IMG/VR virus record: IMGVR_UViG_3300033068_001655
DNA from: a virus
Lineage: Duplodnaviria; Heunggongvirae; Uroviricota; Caudoviricetes
Length of the DNA stretch: 64,000 nucleotides
Reading direction: 5' to 3' (one strand)
Part shown: positions 38,383 to 47,710 of the stretch, piece by piece
Numbering within the stretch: the first letter of the stretch is position 1
How the letters are laid out: every line of letters begins with the position of its first letter
Translations under genes and position numbers: made by a program
The notes under the pieces: model-generated
Seen by the model: only the letters and a program-made list of their open reading frames with translations
Databases searched by the model: none
Told to the model about the DNA's origin: nothing

Positions 38383-38693
38383 ATACCTAATTCTTTTAAT
38401 TTTTGTTCTCTTGAATATGCTATAAAATCCTCTTCTTGTGTAATAAAATATTCATTCATTTCTTCTTCTGTGAAGTAATACCACTTAACTCTTTCTGAAT
38501 ATGCAAGGTTCCACCAATCTTTTTTATTTGATGCAAATTCATCTTCAACACAAAATCCATAACCTTCTTTATCAGTAGCTGCATTCCAAGTCAAATCACC
38601 ACAACCTTTTATGTTGTAGTGACTTTTAACTTTTAGTGTTTCATATTCTTTTACACAAACAACACAAGTACCCATTTCAAATCTATCGTCCAT
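38379..38693 (-). CDS. Hypothetical protein with C-terminal REQKLKELGI tag
   Basis: 104-aa ORF. Confidence 0.65.
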   Translation of the reverse strand: MDDRFEMGTCVVCVKEYETLKVKSHYNIKGCGDLTWNAATDKEGYGFCVEDEFASNKKDWWNLAYSERVKWYYFTEEEMNEYFITQEEDFIAYSREQKLKELGI

Positions 38694-38856
38694 ATAAAGA
38701 AAGTATTTTATGTTTTCTTAATTCTATTCTTTTAAGTATTTTCTTAATCTCTGTAGCTCTTTTAATTGTTCCAGAGGTAGAAATTCTTTCTGTTCCATAA
38801 TGAGAGTTTAACTGTAATTTCAACCAAGCTAACTCTGACTTTAACTTATTACCCAT
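38683..38856 (-). CDS. 57-aa basic protein with RKHKILSL tag, missing from the ORF track
   Basis: MGNKLKSELAWLKLQLNSHYGTERISTSGTIKRATEIKKILKRIELRKHKILSLYGR. Overlaps both neighbours. Confidence 0.55.
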   Translation of the reverse strand: MGNKLKSELAWLKLQLNSHYGTERISTSGTIKRATEIKKILKRIELRKHKILSLYGR

Positions 38857-39424
38857 GATGATCGATTTTGTGTATCTCTCTTTTACTCATTATAGAGTAA
38901 ATTTCATTGATGTGATAAGGTCTAAAATCTTTGTGAGTATCTATACCAACATCCATTGATTTTCCATAATCAGGAATACTTCCGTGTGAATGTCCGTAAA
39001 GGTGTATTGTACCTCTATGTGATTTAGGCCAAACTCTGTGTGAGTAGTGTGATAAATGGAATTTTTGTTTTCCAATATAACCTGTGTAAACATACCCAAC
39101 ACTTGTAAAAAGTTCTTGTAATTCTAATGAATCCTCGATTTCTTCATCGTGGTTTCCTAAAATTAAATGAATGTTTTTACAAATTAAAGAGTTTCTAAAT
39201 TCTCTTACTGAACTAGCATTTCCAAATGAAAAGTCACCAAGGTGATATAAAGTATCATCCTCTTTAACATATTTGTTGATGTTAGTAATAAGTGCTTCGT
39301 TCATTTGTTGAACGCTTTTAAACTTTCTGAACCCGTCTGTCCAACGAGAAACCTCTTTTCCCGCGATGTTCTTGTGATCATAATGTGTATCACTTGTGAA
39401 CCATATATTCATTTCTTTTTTCAT
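38849..39424 (-). CDS. Calcineurin-like metallophosphoesterase
   Basis: SDTHYDH, LGDF, GNHD, LSHY, GHSH. Likely start MKKE at 39424. Confidence 0.9.
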   Translation of the reverse strand: MKKEMNIWFTSDTHYDHKNIAGKEVSRWTDGFRKFKSVQQMNEALITNINKYVKEDDTLYHLGDFSFGNASSVREFRNSLICKNIHLILGNHDEEIEDSLELQELFTSVGYVYTGYIGKQKFHLSHYSHRVWPKSHRGTIHLYGHSHGSIPDYGKSMDVGIDTHKDFRPYHINEIYSIMSKREIHKIDHHG

Positions 39425-39430
39425 TTGGGA

Positions 39431-39438
39431 CAAATATA
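39431..39438 (-). promoter_or_regulatory. Bacteroidota-type -7 element (TATATTTG)
   Basis: Heads the minus-strand metabolic operon. Confidence 0.55.
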
Positions 39439-39463
39439 CGAAAAAAAGTTTTATATATACATT

Positions 39464-39709
39464 ATGATTATAAAAAGTTTTGAAAAGTTTAATGAGGGTT
39501 TAAATGACCCAATTTTCACAGATGAAATTCCTCATTATGGTGATGTATTTACTATACCTGAGTTTAAAGAAGCTATCGAAGATGGTGATATAACAAAAAA
39601 TGATGGTGCTGGTTATTATTCAGATGGATTACATATGAGTAGAAAACATCCCGTATTTAGTGCGGAACAACCAGATGGTGCAAGATATGTAATTTGGTTT
39701 AATAAATAA
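39464..39709 (+). CDS. Hypothetical protein with capsid-targeting-like N-terminus
   Basis: Likely start MIIKSFEKFNE at 39464, after TATATA. Confidence 0.65.
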   Translation: MIIKSFEKFNEGLNDPIFTDEIPHYGDVFTIPEFKEAIEDGDITKNDGAGYYSDGLHMSRKHPVFSAEQPDGARYVIWFNK

Positions 39710-39724
39710 AAAATAAATAAAGAT

Positions 39725-39955
39725 ATGATAAAAAGATTTAATGATTTTCTAAAAGAAAGTTATAGACCTAATGAAGGTCAAGATGGTTCTGTTAGTATTA
39801 CTTTAAGTGATGAAGATTTAGAGTTATTTCAAACAGAAGGTTCTTTAAGAACTTTGATTACTGATGAGAAGATTTCTTTAGTTGGTAAAGAACTTTGGTA
39901 TCATGAAGATGACCAACAAACAATTGATACACTAAGTAATTACTTTAGTTTATAA
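39725..39955 (+). CDS. Acidic hypothetical protein with capsid-targeting-like N-terminus
   Basis: Starts MIKRFNDFLKES. Confidence 0.65.
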   Translation: MIKRFNDFLKESYRPNEGQDGSVSITLSDEDLELFQTEGSLRTLITDEKISLVGKELWYHEDDQQTIDTLSNYFSL

Positions 39956-39960
39956 AAAAT

Positions 39961-39988
39961 AAAAACCAACTATTTAGTTGGTTTTTTT
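39961..39988. terminator. Bidirectional intrinsic terminator
   Basis: aaaaaccaacta-tt-tagttggttttttt. Confidence 0.8.
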
Positions 39989-40698
39989 ATGTATATCTTT
40001 AAACTATCCCACAATATTTGATAAATATCATCAATTTGATCATATTTAATTTTAATTAAATTTATATAGTTCTCCTCACAATAATCATTCTTTAGTTTAT
40101 CAATGATTTTCATTCTATTATATGTTTTTAGGCCACCTAAACTATCAATTGGTTCAAAATGATATAACCCTTCAAATTCAATTATTGTTCGTATGGAAGT
40201 AAGATAAAAGTCAAATAATATGTTATTTATACTTTTTTTATGTTCAAACTCTAAATTAAACTTATTTAAAAAACTAATAATCTCATTTTCACCTTCTAAG
40301 TCATATTTATTTAATAAGTCATTTAATAGTGATTCTTCATTTTTTCTAAATTCTGGTGCAGAACCTTCTAAATGTGATTTGGCTCTTTGTTCATAAACTA
40401 CACCATTATAAATAACTTTTATATTATTTAAAGCTCCTTCATATTTGGTTAAAGAATAGTCATACTTATCTCCCCAAACTTTCTTTGCTTCTAAAATATA
40501 TTCTTCTGTTGTCTTTTTGTAAATAACTTTCTCTGGACATCTTCCGTTTAGATGTTTTATTACTCTTTGATAATAAATAACTCCATCAAACTTAACTTTT
40601 ATAGTATCCGATGTCTTAACCTTATCAGGTAAATCTACATATTCATACTTATATCCGTGTAGATTTCTTGCCTTATCTAAAAATTTCATTCTATCCAT
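39970..40698 (-). CDS. Free-standing PD-(D/E)XK (DUF559/Vsr-like) endonuclease with two N-terminal repeats
   Basis: F..KA...HG.KY.Y repeats; FDFYL....IIEFEG.YH...K.DYC. Confidence 0.75.
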   Translation of the reverse strand: MDRMKFLDKARNLHGYKYEYVDLPDKVKTSDTIKVKFDGVIYYQRVIKHLNGRCPEKVIYKKTTEEYILEAKKVWGDKYDYSLTKYEGALNNIKVIYNGVVYEQRAKSHLEGSAPEFRKNEESLLNDLLNKYDLEGENEIISFLNKFNLEFEHKKSINNILFDFYLTSIRTIIEFEGLYHFEPIDSLGGLKTYNRMKIIDKLKNDYCEENYINLIKIKYDQIDDIYQILWDSLKIYIKKPTK

Positions 40699-40807
40699 AA
40701 GTTATATATAAAAAAATTATACCCTCTTTCAAAACTTTTTTAAAAAATGTTGAAAGGGGAGAGTAAAAAGTTTATATATACATTATAAGAAAAATTAAAT
40801 TAAGAAT

Positions 40808-42037
40808 ATGGCAAAACAAGTTAAAGAAGGAAAAAAATTTGAATTTAGTAAAGTAGGAACTATATTAGATAATATTGCAAAATCAGTTCCAATCGTTATT
40901 GAAAAAGAAGTAAAAGAAAAATCTTTTATATCTACAGGATGTTATTTACTAGACGCGGCACTTTCTGCAAAATTAGTAAACGGAGGAATCTTAGGTGGTC
41001 GTATCTTTGGTCTATTGGGAGAATCAGGTGCTGGTAAATCATTTATTGCTTACTCTATTTGTAAATCCGCACAAAAATCAGGTTACTCTGTAATCTATAT
41101 TGATACTGAAAACTCTATCGACTTAGAAGGTATTACAAAATTTGGTATTGATAATAACAATGATAAGTTTAGATTGATTAGATCTAATAAAGTAGAAGAT
41201 ATTAACATTTCTATTACACAATTATTAGATGAATTAAAAGAAGCTAAAATGGATGGATTTGAAATCCCTAAAATTATAATTGTACTTGACTCAATCGGTA
41301 TGATGTCTTCTAATAAAGAGAAAGAAGATTTATTAAAAGGTGCTATGAAACAAGATATGACAAGAGCAAAAGGATTAAATGCACTTTTCAGAAGTATTAG
41401 TTCTGACTTAGGTTTCTTAGATATTCCAATGGTTTGTTGTAACCACACATACTTATCTCAAGATTTATTCCCTAAAGAGATTTCTAAAGGTGGTATGGGT
41501 CTTGTTTACTCTGCATCAGTATTAGGATTTTTAAGTAAATCAAAATTGAAAACTGGTGAAGAAGATGATATGGACTTAGGACAATCAGGTATTTCAGTTC
41601 TATTTAAAACACAGAAGAATAGATTAGCAAAACCTAAAAAGATTAGATTTGATATATCATTTGCACACGGTATGAATCCTTATACTGGATTAGATGCTTT
41701 CTGTAGACCAGAATACTTTAATCAAATTGGTATTGCTAAAGGTAAAATGGAAGTTGATAAGTCAACTGGTGAAATGAAATTTATTCCAGGTGGAATTAGA
41801 TGGTATGTTGATCACTTAAACAAATCAGTAACAACTAAGCAATTATTTACACAAGAAGTATTTACGCAGGAAGTGTTAGAGAAAATGGCACCAATCGTAA
41901 ATGATTACTTTAGATTTAAGTCTTTAGATGAAATAGACGAAGTAGAAAAAGAATTTAATAGTATTATCGGTGATGAAGATGATGATACAGATGATAACGG
42001 ATTTACTTCAGCAGATGCTGATGATATTTTCGGATAA
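40808..42037 (+). CDS. uvsX: RecA/UvsX-like recombinase
   Basis: ISTG..LLD, GESGAGKS, YIDTEN, IVLDSIG, DMTRAK, NHTY, GG.G..YSAS. Confidence 0.9.
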   Translation: MAKQVKEGKKFEFSKVGTILDNIAKSVPIVIEKEVKEKSFISTGCYLLDAALSAKLVNGGILGGRIFGLLGESGAGKSFIAYSICKSAQKSGYSVIYIDTENSIDLEGITKFGIDNNNDKFRLIRSNKVEDINISITQLLDELKEAKMDGFEIPKIIIVLDSIGMMSSNKEKEDLLKGAMKQDMTRAKGLNALFRSISSDLGFLDIPMVCCNHTYLSQDLFPKEISKGGMGLVYSASVLGFLSKSKLKTGEEDDMDLGQSGISVLFKTQKNRLAKPKKIRFDISFAHGMNPYTGLDAFCRPEYFNQIGIAKGKMEVDKSTGEMKFIPGGIRWYVDHLNKSVTTKQLFTQEVFTQEVLEKMAPIVNDYFRFKSLDEIDEVEKEFNSIIGDEDDDTDDNGFTSADADDIFG

Positions 42038-42092
42038 AAATTAAAACCCCTTAAATAAGTGGGTTTAAAACAAAAAAAAATAAATAAATATT

Positions 42093-42266
42093 ATGACAAA
42101 ACAAGAAATTTTTGACCAATTAAAAACTTTGTGGGAACAATTTGATACAAACCACAACAAAACAACTAAAAAATCTGATGCAGACGCTCGTAAAGCATTA
42201 GGTGAAATCAAAAAATTGGTTACTCCTTATAGAGCGGCATCGGTTAATGAAGCTAAAGCTGAGTAA
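42093..42266 (+). CDS. 57-aa Hc1/histone H1-like helical protein, missing from the ORF track
   Basis: MTKQEIFDQLKTLWEQF...KKSDADARKALGEIKKLVTPYRAASV resembles the ARK....K....R..S pattern of Bacteroidota Hc1 proteins. Confidence 0.6.
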   Translation: MTKQEIFDQLKTLWEQFDTNHNKTTKKSDADARKALGEIKKLVTPYRAASVNEAKAE

Positions 42267-42343
42267 TTTGTAGTAGTTTATAGTTTATAGTTTCCTTATT
42301 TCTCAAATAAGGTGGTGGATGTTCGACTTAACCGGTTGACCCT

Positions 42344-42377
42344 AAAAAACCCTCAAAGTAATAGTTGAGGGTTTTTT
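42344..42377. terminator. Bidirectional intrinsic terminator
   Basis: aaaaaaccctcaa...ttgagggtttttt. Confidence 0.8.
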
Positions 42378-42921
42378 ATTTGTCGTCTATATATTCTAGT
42401 TTTGTTCTATAATAGAATAATCCCCAGTAAATAAATATAGCAGAGTTATAAATATAAAAGAATATTCTTAATGAGTCTTTATTTGATGTATAATCTAAAA
42501 TATCTAATGTTAGTGTGGTAATCATTACAATGATGTAAATCCAAAGTATTCTATTTGATTTACGTGAGTATAAATACTTTTTAATTGAATTTAGTGATAT
42601 AAATCTTTTGTGTATCAAACCCTCAATTTGGTTATCTCTATTACAAGAAGTGCACATATGAATATTCTCACTTTTTGGGTTTCGATTTAATCTTTCAAAT
42701 ATATCGCGTAATTTATTAAGTCTTTGTGTCTCTCTTTGGATATCTGTTTGAATATTACTTTCGTCAAAAATTTCCTCTTTGCAAGAATAACATCGCACAC
42801 CTTGTTTGACATCAAAAGAAATATTTTTTCTATCCTTATTCTTTCTATTTAAAAGGAAATAAATTCCCATTATTAAAAGAGTTGATAATGATATTAAAGT
42901 TCTAAGTAAGGCAAGTGTCAT
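42376..42921 (-). CDS. Membrane protein with a CxxC...CxxC zinc site
   Basis: One N-terminal and two C-terminal hydrophobic segments; CYSC and CTSC. Confidence 0.65.
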   Translation of the reverse strand: MTLALLRTLISLSTLLIMGIYFLLNRKNKDRKNISFDVKQGVRCYSCKEEIFDESNIQTDIQRETQRLNKLRDIFERLNRNPKSENIHMCTSCNRDNQIEGLIHKRFISLNSIKKYLYSRKSNRILWIYIIVMITTLTLDILDYTSNKDSLRIFFYIYNSAIFIYWGLFYYRTKLEYIDDK

Positions 42922-42922
42922 A

Positions 42923-43375
42923 TTATGAAAGTATTAATTCTAAAAATTTATCTCTTTTTTCTTGTTTTGAGAGTGATTTAAGACAGTTTGGTCCTAATCC
43001 ATTCTCTATACTAGATGGTACGGTTAAAGCTTTACCACACTTTCCACATTTACCTTCGTGCCATATCTCAACAAAATCTTGAAGTGTATTAGTTCTTAAT
43101 CTATTAAGAACATAATTAAAAACCTTTACAGATTGTGCGTCCTGTGATATAACAGATTTCTTTGAGTGTTTAAAATAACCATTGGCACAAGTACCAATAT
43201 AAGTATAAGTATCTGGTCCAGATAAAACTTTAACAAAAAATAAGTTGCTTTCTTTTGATAACTTTAAAGTAAATGTAAATCTATTATCAGTAAGTGTATT
43301 GATAACAGTAAATGTTGAATTACCTGCAAAAATAAATTTAAGTGCGTCGGTATGATTTAATTTATTTCCTTTCAT
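42923..43375 (-). CDS. DUF6011-like zinc-finger protein
   Basis: HEGKCGKCGKALTVPSSIENGLGPNC. Confidence 0.7.
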   Translation of the reverse strand: MKGNKLNHTDALKFIFAGNSTFTVINTLTDNRFTFTLKLSKESNLFFVKVLSGPDTYTYIGTCANGYFKHSKKSVISQDAQSVKVFNYVLNRLRTNTLQDFVEIWHEGKCGKCGKALTVPSSIENGLGPNCLKSLSKQEKRDKFLELILS

Positions 43376-43392
43376 TTAGTATATTATTTCTA

Positions 43393-43400
43393 CAAATATA
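43393..43400 (-). promoter_or_regulatory. Bacteroidota-type -7 element (TATATTTG)
   Basis: TAnnTTTG match 17 nt upstream of ATG 43375. Confidence 0.6.
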
Positions 43401-43459
43401 CAATAATTTTTTTAATAACCAAATTAAAAAGGAAAACATGTAGCATTACTATATAGTTT

Positions 43460-44167
43460 ATGAAATATAACATTATAGCAATCGACCCTTCTCTTATATC
43501 AACTGCATTGGTTGTTTCATCAGGAGATACATTTAAAATTTACAATTATTGTAGAGAATCAAAAGCATTTGGTAAAAAAGGAATTACAAAATGGTTTGGT
43601 TTAGCAGAAGAATTTATTACTTATAAATTTATTGAATACCGTGAATATAAAGATTATTCAGAAGGTGAATTAGTTAAATTAAAAGATTATGATAAAATCA
43701 GTGATACTATTATTTCTGATATTTTAGAAAACATTGATCCTAAAAAACCTACTAAAATTGGAATCGAAGGTTATTCATTCTCATCTGCAGCAGGAGATAT
43801 TATTGATTTAGTTACCTTTTCTACTATTCTAAGAAAGAAGTTATTTGATAAAATATCTGAAGATATATTTGTTCTTTCACCTTCTACATTAAAGTTAGAA
43901 TCTTGTAAACTAACTTACCCACCAATCAATATTGGTATAAAAAAAGAAAAATTGATATATAAAAATAATGTCGGTATATCTGGTGGTTCTTTCACAAAAA
44001 CTGATATTTTCTTATCAATAGTAGATAATAACAATTGGGATGATTATTGGACAAAACATTGTAGATTTTCCAAAGAAGATATACTTTCTATAAAAACTAT
44101 ACCAAAACCTTATGAGGATGTAAATGATAGTTTTATTATATTTAAGTATTTAAGTGGTCTCTCTTAA
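43460..44167 (+). CDS. RuvC-like Holliday junction resolvase (RNase H fold)
   Basis: IAIDPSL..T, IGIEGYSF, SPSTLK, DVNDS. Confidence 0.75.
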   Translation: MKYNIIAIDPSLISTALVVSSGDTFKIYNYCRESKAFGKKGITKWFGLAEEFITYKFIEYREYKDYSEGELVKLKDYDKISDTIISDILENIDPKKPTKIGIEGYSFSSAAGDIIDLVTFSTILRKKLFDKISEDIFVLSPSTLKLESCKLTYPPINIGIKKEKLIYKNNVGISGGSFTKTDIFLSIVDNNNWDDYWTKHCRFSKEDILSIKTIPKPYEDVNDSFIIFKYLSGLS

Positions 44168-44927
44168 TATATCTATTAGTATAACTACAGAGTGGTTGTA
44201 AATTACTATAATGATTTAACCTAATTATATCATCCTCGGTTTTTGCTAAGGATATTGGTATTTTATGATCTATGTCCCAACCATAATTTAGTTCACCATT
44301 ATATAATCCTTTATTCTCCCAAGTCATCCAATCTTCAAACATTGTCTCTAGATATACTTTAAATTCATCAAAGGTACATCCTAATATCTCATATGTTCTT
44401 GATGATTTTTTATATCCATTTCTTTTAAAACATTCATATATACTATTTCTTATACTTTTTTCTAATGAAAAAAGAATATCATTTTTTAATCTCTCTTTTC
44501 TTTTAGTGTTTTTTGTAGTTTTGTAATTAAATTGATAGTCTTTTATCTTATCTTTATTTTCTTCTCTATACTTTTTAGATTTTAATAAAAAATCTTCTCT
44601 ATTATCTTGGTAATATTCTTGTTTTTTTAACCTTTGTATCTCTTTATTTTCTTCTCTCCAATTTTTATTATATTCAGAAATTTTTATTTTATCCTCATCT
44701 GTAAAACTATTTCTTTTTATTTTATCTTTTTGTAAAATTAAATCAATATTTTCTTCTCTCCAATCCTTTTTATATTGTAATAAAGTATCTTTATTCTCTA
44801 CATAATATGACTTTGCTTTTTCATTATGACATTTTTTACAAATACTTCGGTATCCATCTTTTTTAGGGTTTTTATAAAAGTTACTTACATCTTTTATCTC
44901 TTTACATTTAGTACATTCTTTTTCCAT
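44142..44927 (-). CDS. HNH homing endonuclease, family copy 2
   Basis: CTKC...CKKC; WDIDHKIP...NHYSNLQPLCSYTNR. Confidence 0.85.
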   Translation of the reverse strand: MEKECTKCKEIKDVSNFYKNPKKDGYRSICKKCHNEKAKSYYVENKDTLLQYKKDWREENIDLILQKDKIKRNSFTDEDKIKISEYNKNWREENKEIQRLKKQEYYQDNREDFLLKSKKYREENKDKIKDYQFNYKTTKNTKRKERLKNDILFSLEKSIRNSIYECFKRNGYKKSSRTYEILGCTFDEFKVYLETMFEDWMTWENKGLYNGELNYGWDIDHKIPISLAKTEDDIIRLNHYSNLQPLCSYTNRYIKRDHLNT

Positions 44928-45009
44928 ATTATATATATTAAATTACTAAAATGGATATGTTTTATTTTTAAAAAAGAAAACCAATAATATTATTGGTTTA
45001 TTTTATCTA

Positions 45010-45615
45010 TTAAATTTTTCTATCAGGTCCTTCATTTATAACAGTCACTTTGATATTATTGGCATTTGACTTGATTATTTCTATTTCCTCTTCTGTAAAA
45101 GTAATAGTAGAAGCAACTCTTTTATATTTATTTATTATTATTTCTTTTATAAATTTAGGTTCTAAGTAATCTTTTTTTGATAGTATTTTCTCTTCTGATG
45201 AATATCGACTATTATATAATCCCCAATATGAATCTTTTTTATTTTTTGGATTTTTTGTAAAGAAAATTTCTGATGGTGCTCTTAAATTACATGGTTCTAT
45301 TTTATAATTATTAGAAATTGCATAACCATCTAAAACAAATGTAATAGGATATCTATATTTTGTTGAAGAATCTCTGGTTACTGATATTGTTTTTAGTTTA
45401 TCGGATTTCAAAAAATCCCAATGTTTTCTGCTATAAACATTATCTTTTTTCAACATTGGTTTCCAAACTCCATGATCAGAAAACTTAAATCCATTTTTCA
45501 AGATGTTTAATGTTGTTTCAACTGCACTTTTATGGTCTACCATTCTCCAAAGAGAATGAAACAGTACATCATAGTTTTTCGATTCAAAAAATTTAAAAGT
45601 ATTTAGATGTTTCAT
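45010..45615 (-). CDS. Putative ADP-ribosyltransferase-fold protein with capsid-targeting-like N-terminus
   Basis: MKHLNTFKFFES; LFHS...ILKNGF...ISVTRD...SEEKI pattern (H, S/T, E). Confidence 0.5.
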   Translation of the reverse strand: MKHLNTFKFFESKNYDVLFHSLWRMVDHKSAVETTLNILKNGFKFSDHGVWKPMLKKDNVYSRKHWDFLKSDKLKTISVTRDSSTKYRYPITFVLDGYAISNNYKIEPCNLRAPSEIFFTKNPKNKKDSYWGLYNSRYSSEEKILSKKDYLEPKFIKEIIINKYKRVASTITFTEEEIEIIKSNANNIKVTVINEGPDRKI

Positions 45616-47694
45616 TTATGAATTTCTTGCTTTTAATTCTTTAACATATTTTAAAGTTTCTGCTTTAGTTTCTGGACTACTACTTCTTGAAACATCTATC
45701 CATTCAAATAAATCATTCCAATCTTTTTCAGTATATTTTTTATAAACTCCAGTTTTTTCAAAATAATCTAAACATTCAGTTCTACCATAGTCAGTTGCCC
45801 ATTTAGTAATCATACCTCCTTTAAAGTAAAGTGTTTCTACAATATCTTTTCTTTCAAGGTATTTCATCATCATTAAGAATGATTCCCAATAAGGTTCTCC
45901 TTTTTTCTTAACTGCCGAACCTGGTGCATTTAATGTATCATAAGTACCTGAGAAACATTTTCTTAATGGCATGTTATGGCTAAATAATGGATCTAAACCG
46001 GCTTTCAAACAGTAATCAAGAGCTTCTGTATCAGGTACAACACTTTTGAATACGTCAGAAGTCATCTCTGAACCATAATCAACTAAAAGTTTGATCATTT
46101 TAAGATTAGTTGCTTTAGAGATAGGTGCATCTTTACCTTTTGTTAAGTTAGGTTGTCCACCTAATTTTAGGATTAGTTCTACTTTCTCATAATTATCTTC
46201 AGCAACTGCATTAAATAAACACTTACCATTATCTTTATTGATGTCTGCACCATATTCAGTAACATATTCAATAATTTTTGCAATACTTATACCTGGTTTA
46301 ACAATTTCTCTATTTGCTTCTTTAGCTTTTTGTCTTTTTCTAATTTCTTCACCATCCATTGGTAAGAAGAATGACCAAAGATCTTTATCAATATTATATT
46401 CATTTTCCCATCTTTTTAAGATGTTTTTAAACTCTTGAGTTGAAACTGAGTGGTCAGGTCTATTGTGACATGCTCTAACTCTTTGTCCTGGCTCAATTGT
46501 AATACCAATTGTAGAGAAGTTATCTCTTAAAGGCACGTGGAAATTATAAATATAATATTGTTTATTATCATGACTTTCTACATAATTATCCCATTGATAT
46601 TTACTATCTTTAATACAGTGAGAAGTGTGACCATTTATGATTTGATTTGCTGCAAATGAATTTACCTCTAAAATAAGAATACCATTCTCATTAAATACTT
46701 TCTCAACCCCTGCTGCTCCTAATCTTGCATTACAAGTAGTAATCAATTCATTAAATTTAGTGAAACCATCCATTTCATATGAAGATAAGTGACCATTTGC
46801 GGCAATAATAAATGCGTGAATGTTAGCATATCTTCTTAATGTTGATTGGTAAACCATTTTACCAAAAGTTGGATTTGGACTACCATCTGGTTTTAAAGGT
46901 CTTGTATCTGGTGCCATTCTACCAAAGAAGTCATCCCAACCTTTTTTAGCTTTAGCTTCATCATAAGTACCATCGTCATTTAAACCTAATTGTTCAAAAC
47001 CAACTGCTACTTCTAAAAACTTTTCTTTATTTAAGTCAGATGCTTCATCATATGATTTTTTTAACTCAGGAGTTAAAGTATCATACATTTTTTTAATCTT
47101 TCTCGATTGTTCTAATCTATCTAAACCATCTGTTAGTAACTCAACATTATTTGGTATATTTTCGTCAATAAAATTAGCATCAAATTGAACCTTTTTGAAA
47201 GTTCCTTTTGGATTCTCAATTGATAAGTTTTGTAAAATATCTTTATTTTGTAATAATCTTCTATAGATAATTGATAGTTCCTCTAATGGTACATTTTCAA
47301 AATAATAGAAATAAGTAAAGTTTGACAACCATCCAATATTATCTCTATCTAGTTGAAATTCTTTTACTCCTTTAGGACCTTTAACACTAGTTTTTAATCC
47401 TCTAACTGATACGAACTCAGGACTTCTTTCAAATGTTCTTAATAAATCAGGTGTTACTGAAATATCTCTAAGTTTCATTTTAAGTTGTTCTCTTTGTTCA
47501 GGTGCAAAGTCAATTAATCTAACAGATCTAATCTCTTTATGTTCTATTTGTGCACCTAATTCACCTTTAAGAATATCAAGTTCTTTTGCGGCAGTTAGTA
47601 AAACATATCTTTCTTTTAAGAATTTCTTAGCTTTATCTAAGTTCTCATTTAAAGTATCTGTTCCTAAAAATTGGTTATATTTAAAAAGTTTCAT
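45616..47694 (-). CDS. Ankyrin-repeat protein with capsid-targeting-like N-terminus
   Basis: GADINKDNGKCLFNAV..DNYEKVELILKLGG, LKMIKLLVDYGS, LDYCLKAGLDP. Confidence 0.7.
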   Translation of the reverse strand: MKLFKYNQFLGTDTLNENLDKAKKFLKERYVLLTAAKELDILKGELGAQIEHKEIRSVRLIDFAPEQREQLKMKLRDISVTPDLLRTFERSPEFVSVRGLKTSVKGPKGVKEFQLDRDNIGWLSNFTYFYYFENVPLEELSIIYRRLLQNKDILQNLSIENPKGTFKKVQFDANFIDENIPNNVELLTDGLDRLEQSRKIKKMYDTLTPELKKSYDEASDLNKEKFLEVAVGFEQLGLNDDGTYDEAKAKKGWDDFFGRMAPDTRPLKPDGSPNPTFGKMVYQSTLRRYANIHAFIIAANGHLSSYEMDGFTKFNELITTCNARLGAAGVEKVFNENGILILEVNSFAANQIINGHTSHCIKDSKYQWDNYVESHDNKQYYIYNFHVPLRDNFSTIGITIEPGQRVRACHNRPDHSVSTQEFKNILKRWENEYNIDKDLWSFFLPMDGEEIRKRQKAKEANREIVKPGISIAKIIEYVTEYGADINKDNGKCLFNAVAEDNYEKVELILKLGGQPNLTKGKDAPISKATNLKMIKLLVDYGSEMTSDVFKSVVPDTEALDYCLKAGLDPLFSHNMPLRKCFSGTYDTLNAPGSAVKKKGEPYWESFLMMMKYLERKDIVETLYFKGGMITKWATDYGRTECLDYFEKTGVYKKYTEKDWNDLFEWIDVSRSSSPETKAETLKYVKELKARNS

Positions 47695-47710
47695 TCAATT
47701 ATATTTATTT

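Noticed and set aside
39305-39463. 5' extension of the 39305-39709 ORF
   Set aside because: It overlaps the phosphoesterase on the opposite strand. ATG 39464 follows TATATA and gives the shared N-terminal motif.
42290-42345. ccttattt-ctc-aaataagg hairpin plus gttcgac as a tRNA-like element
   Set aside because: No T-stem pairing, acceptor stem or anticodon arm. It is more likely UTR structure before the terminator.
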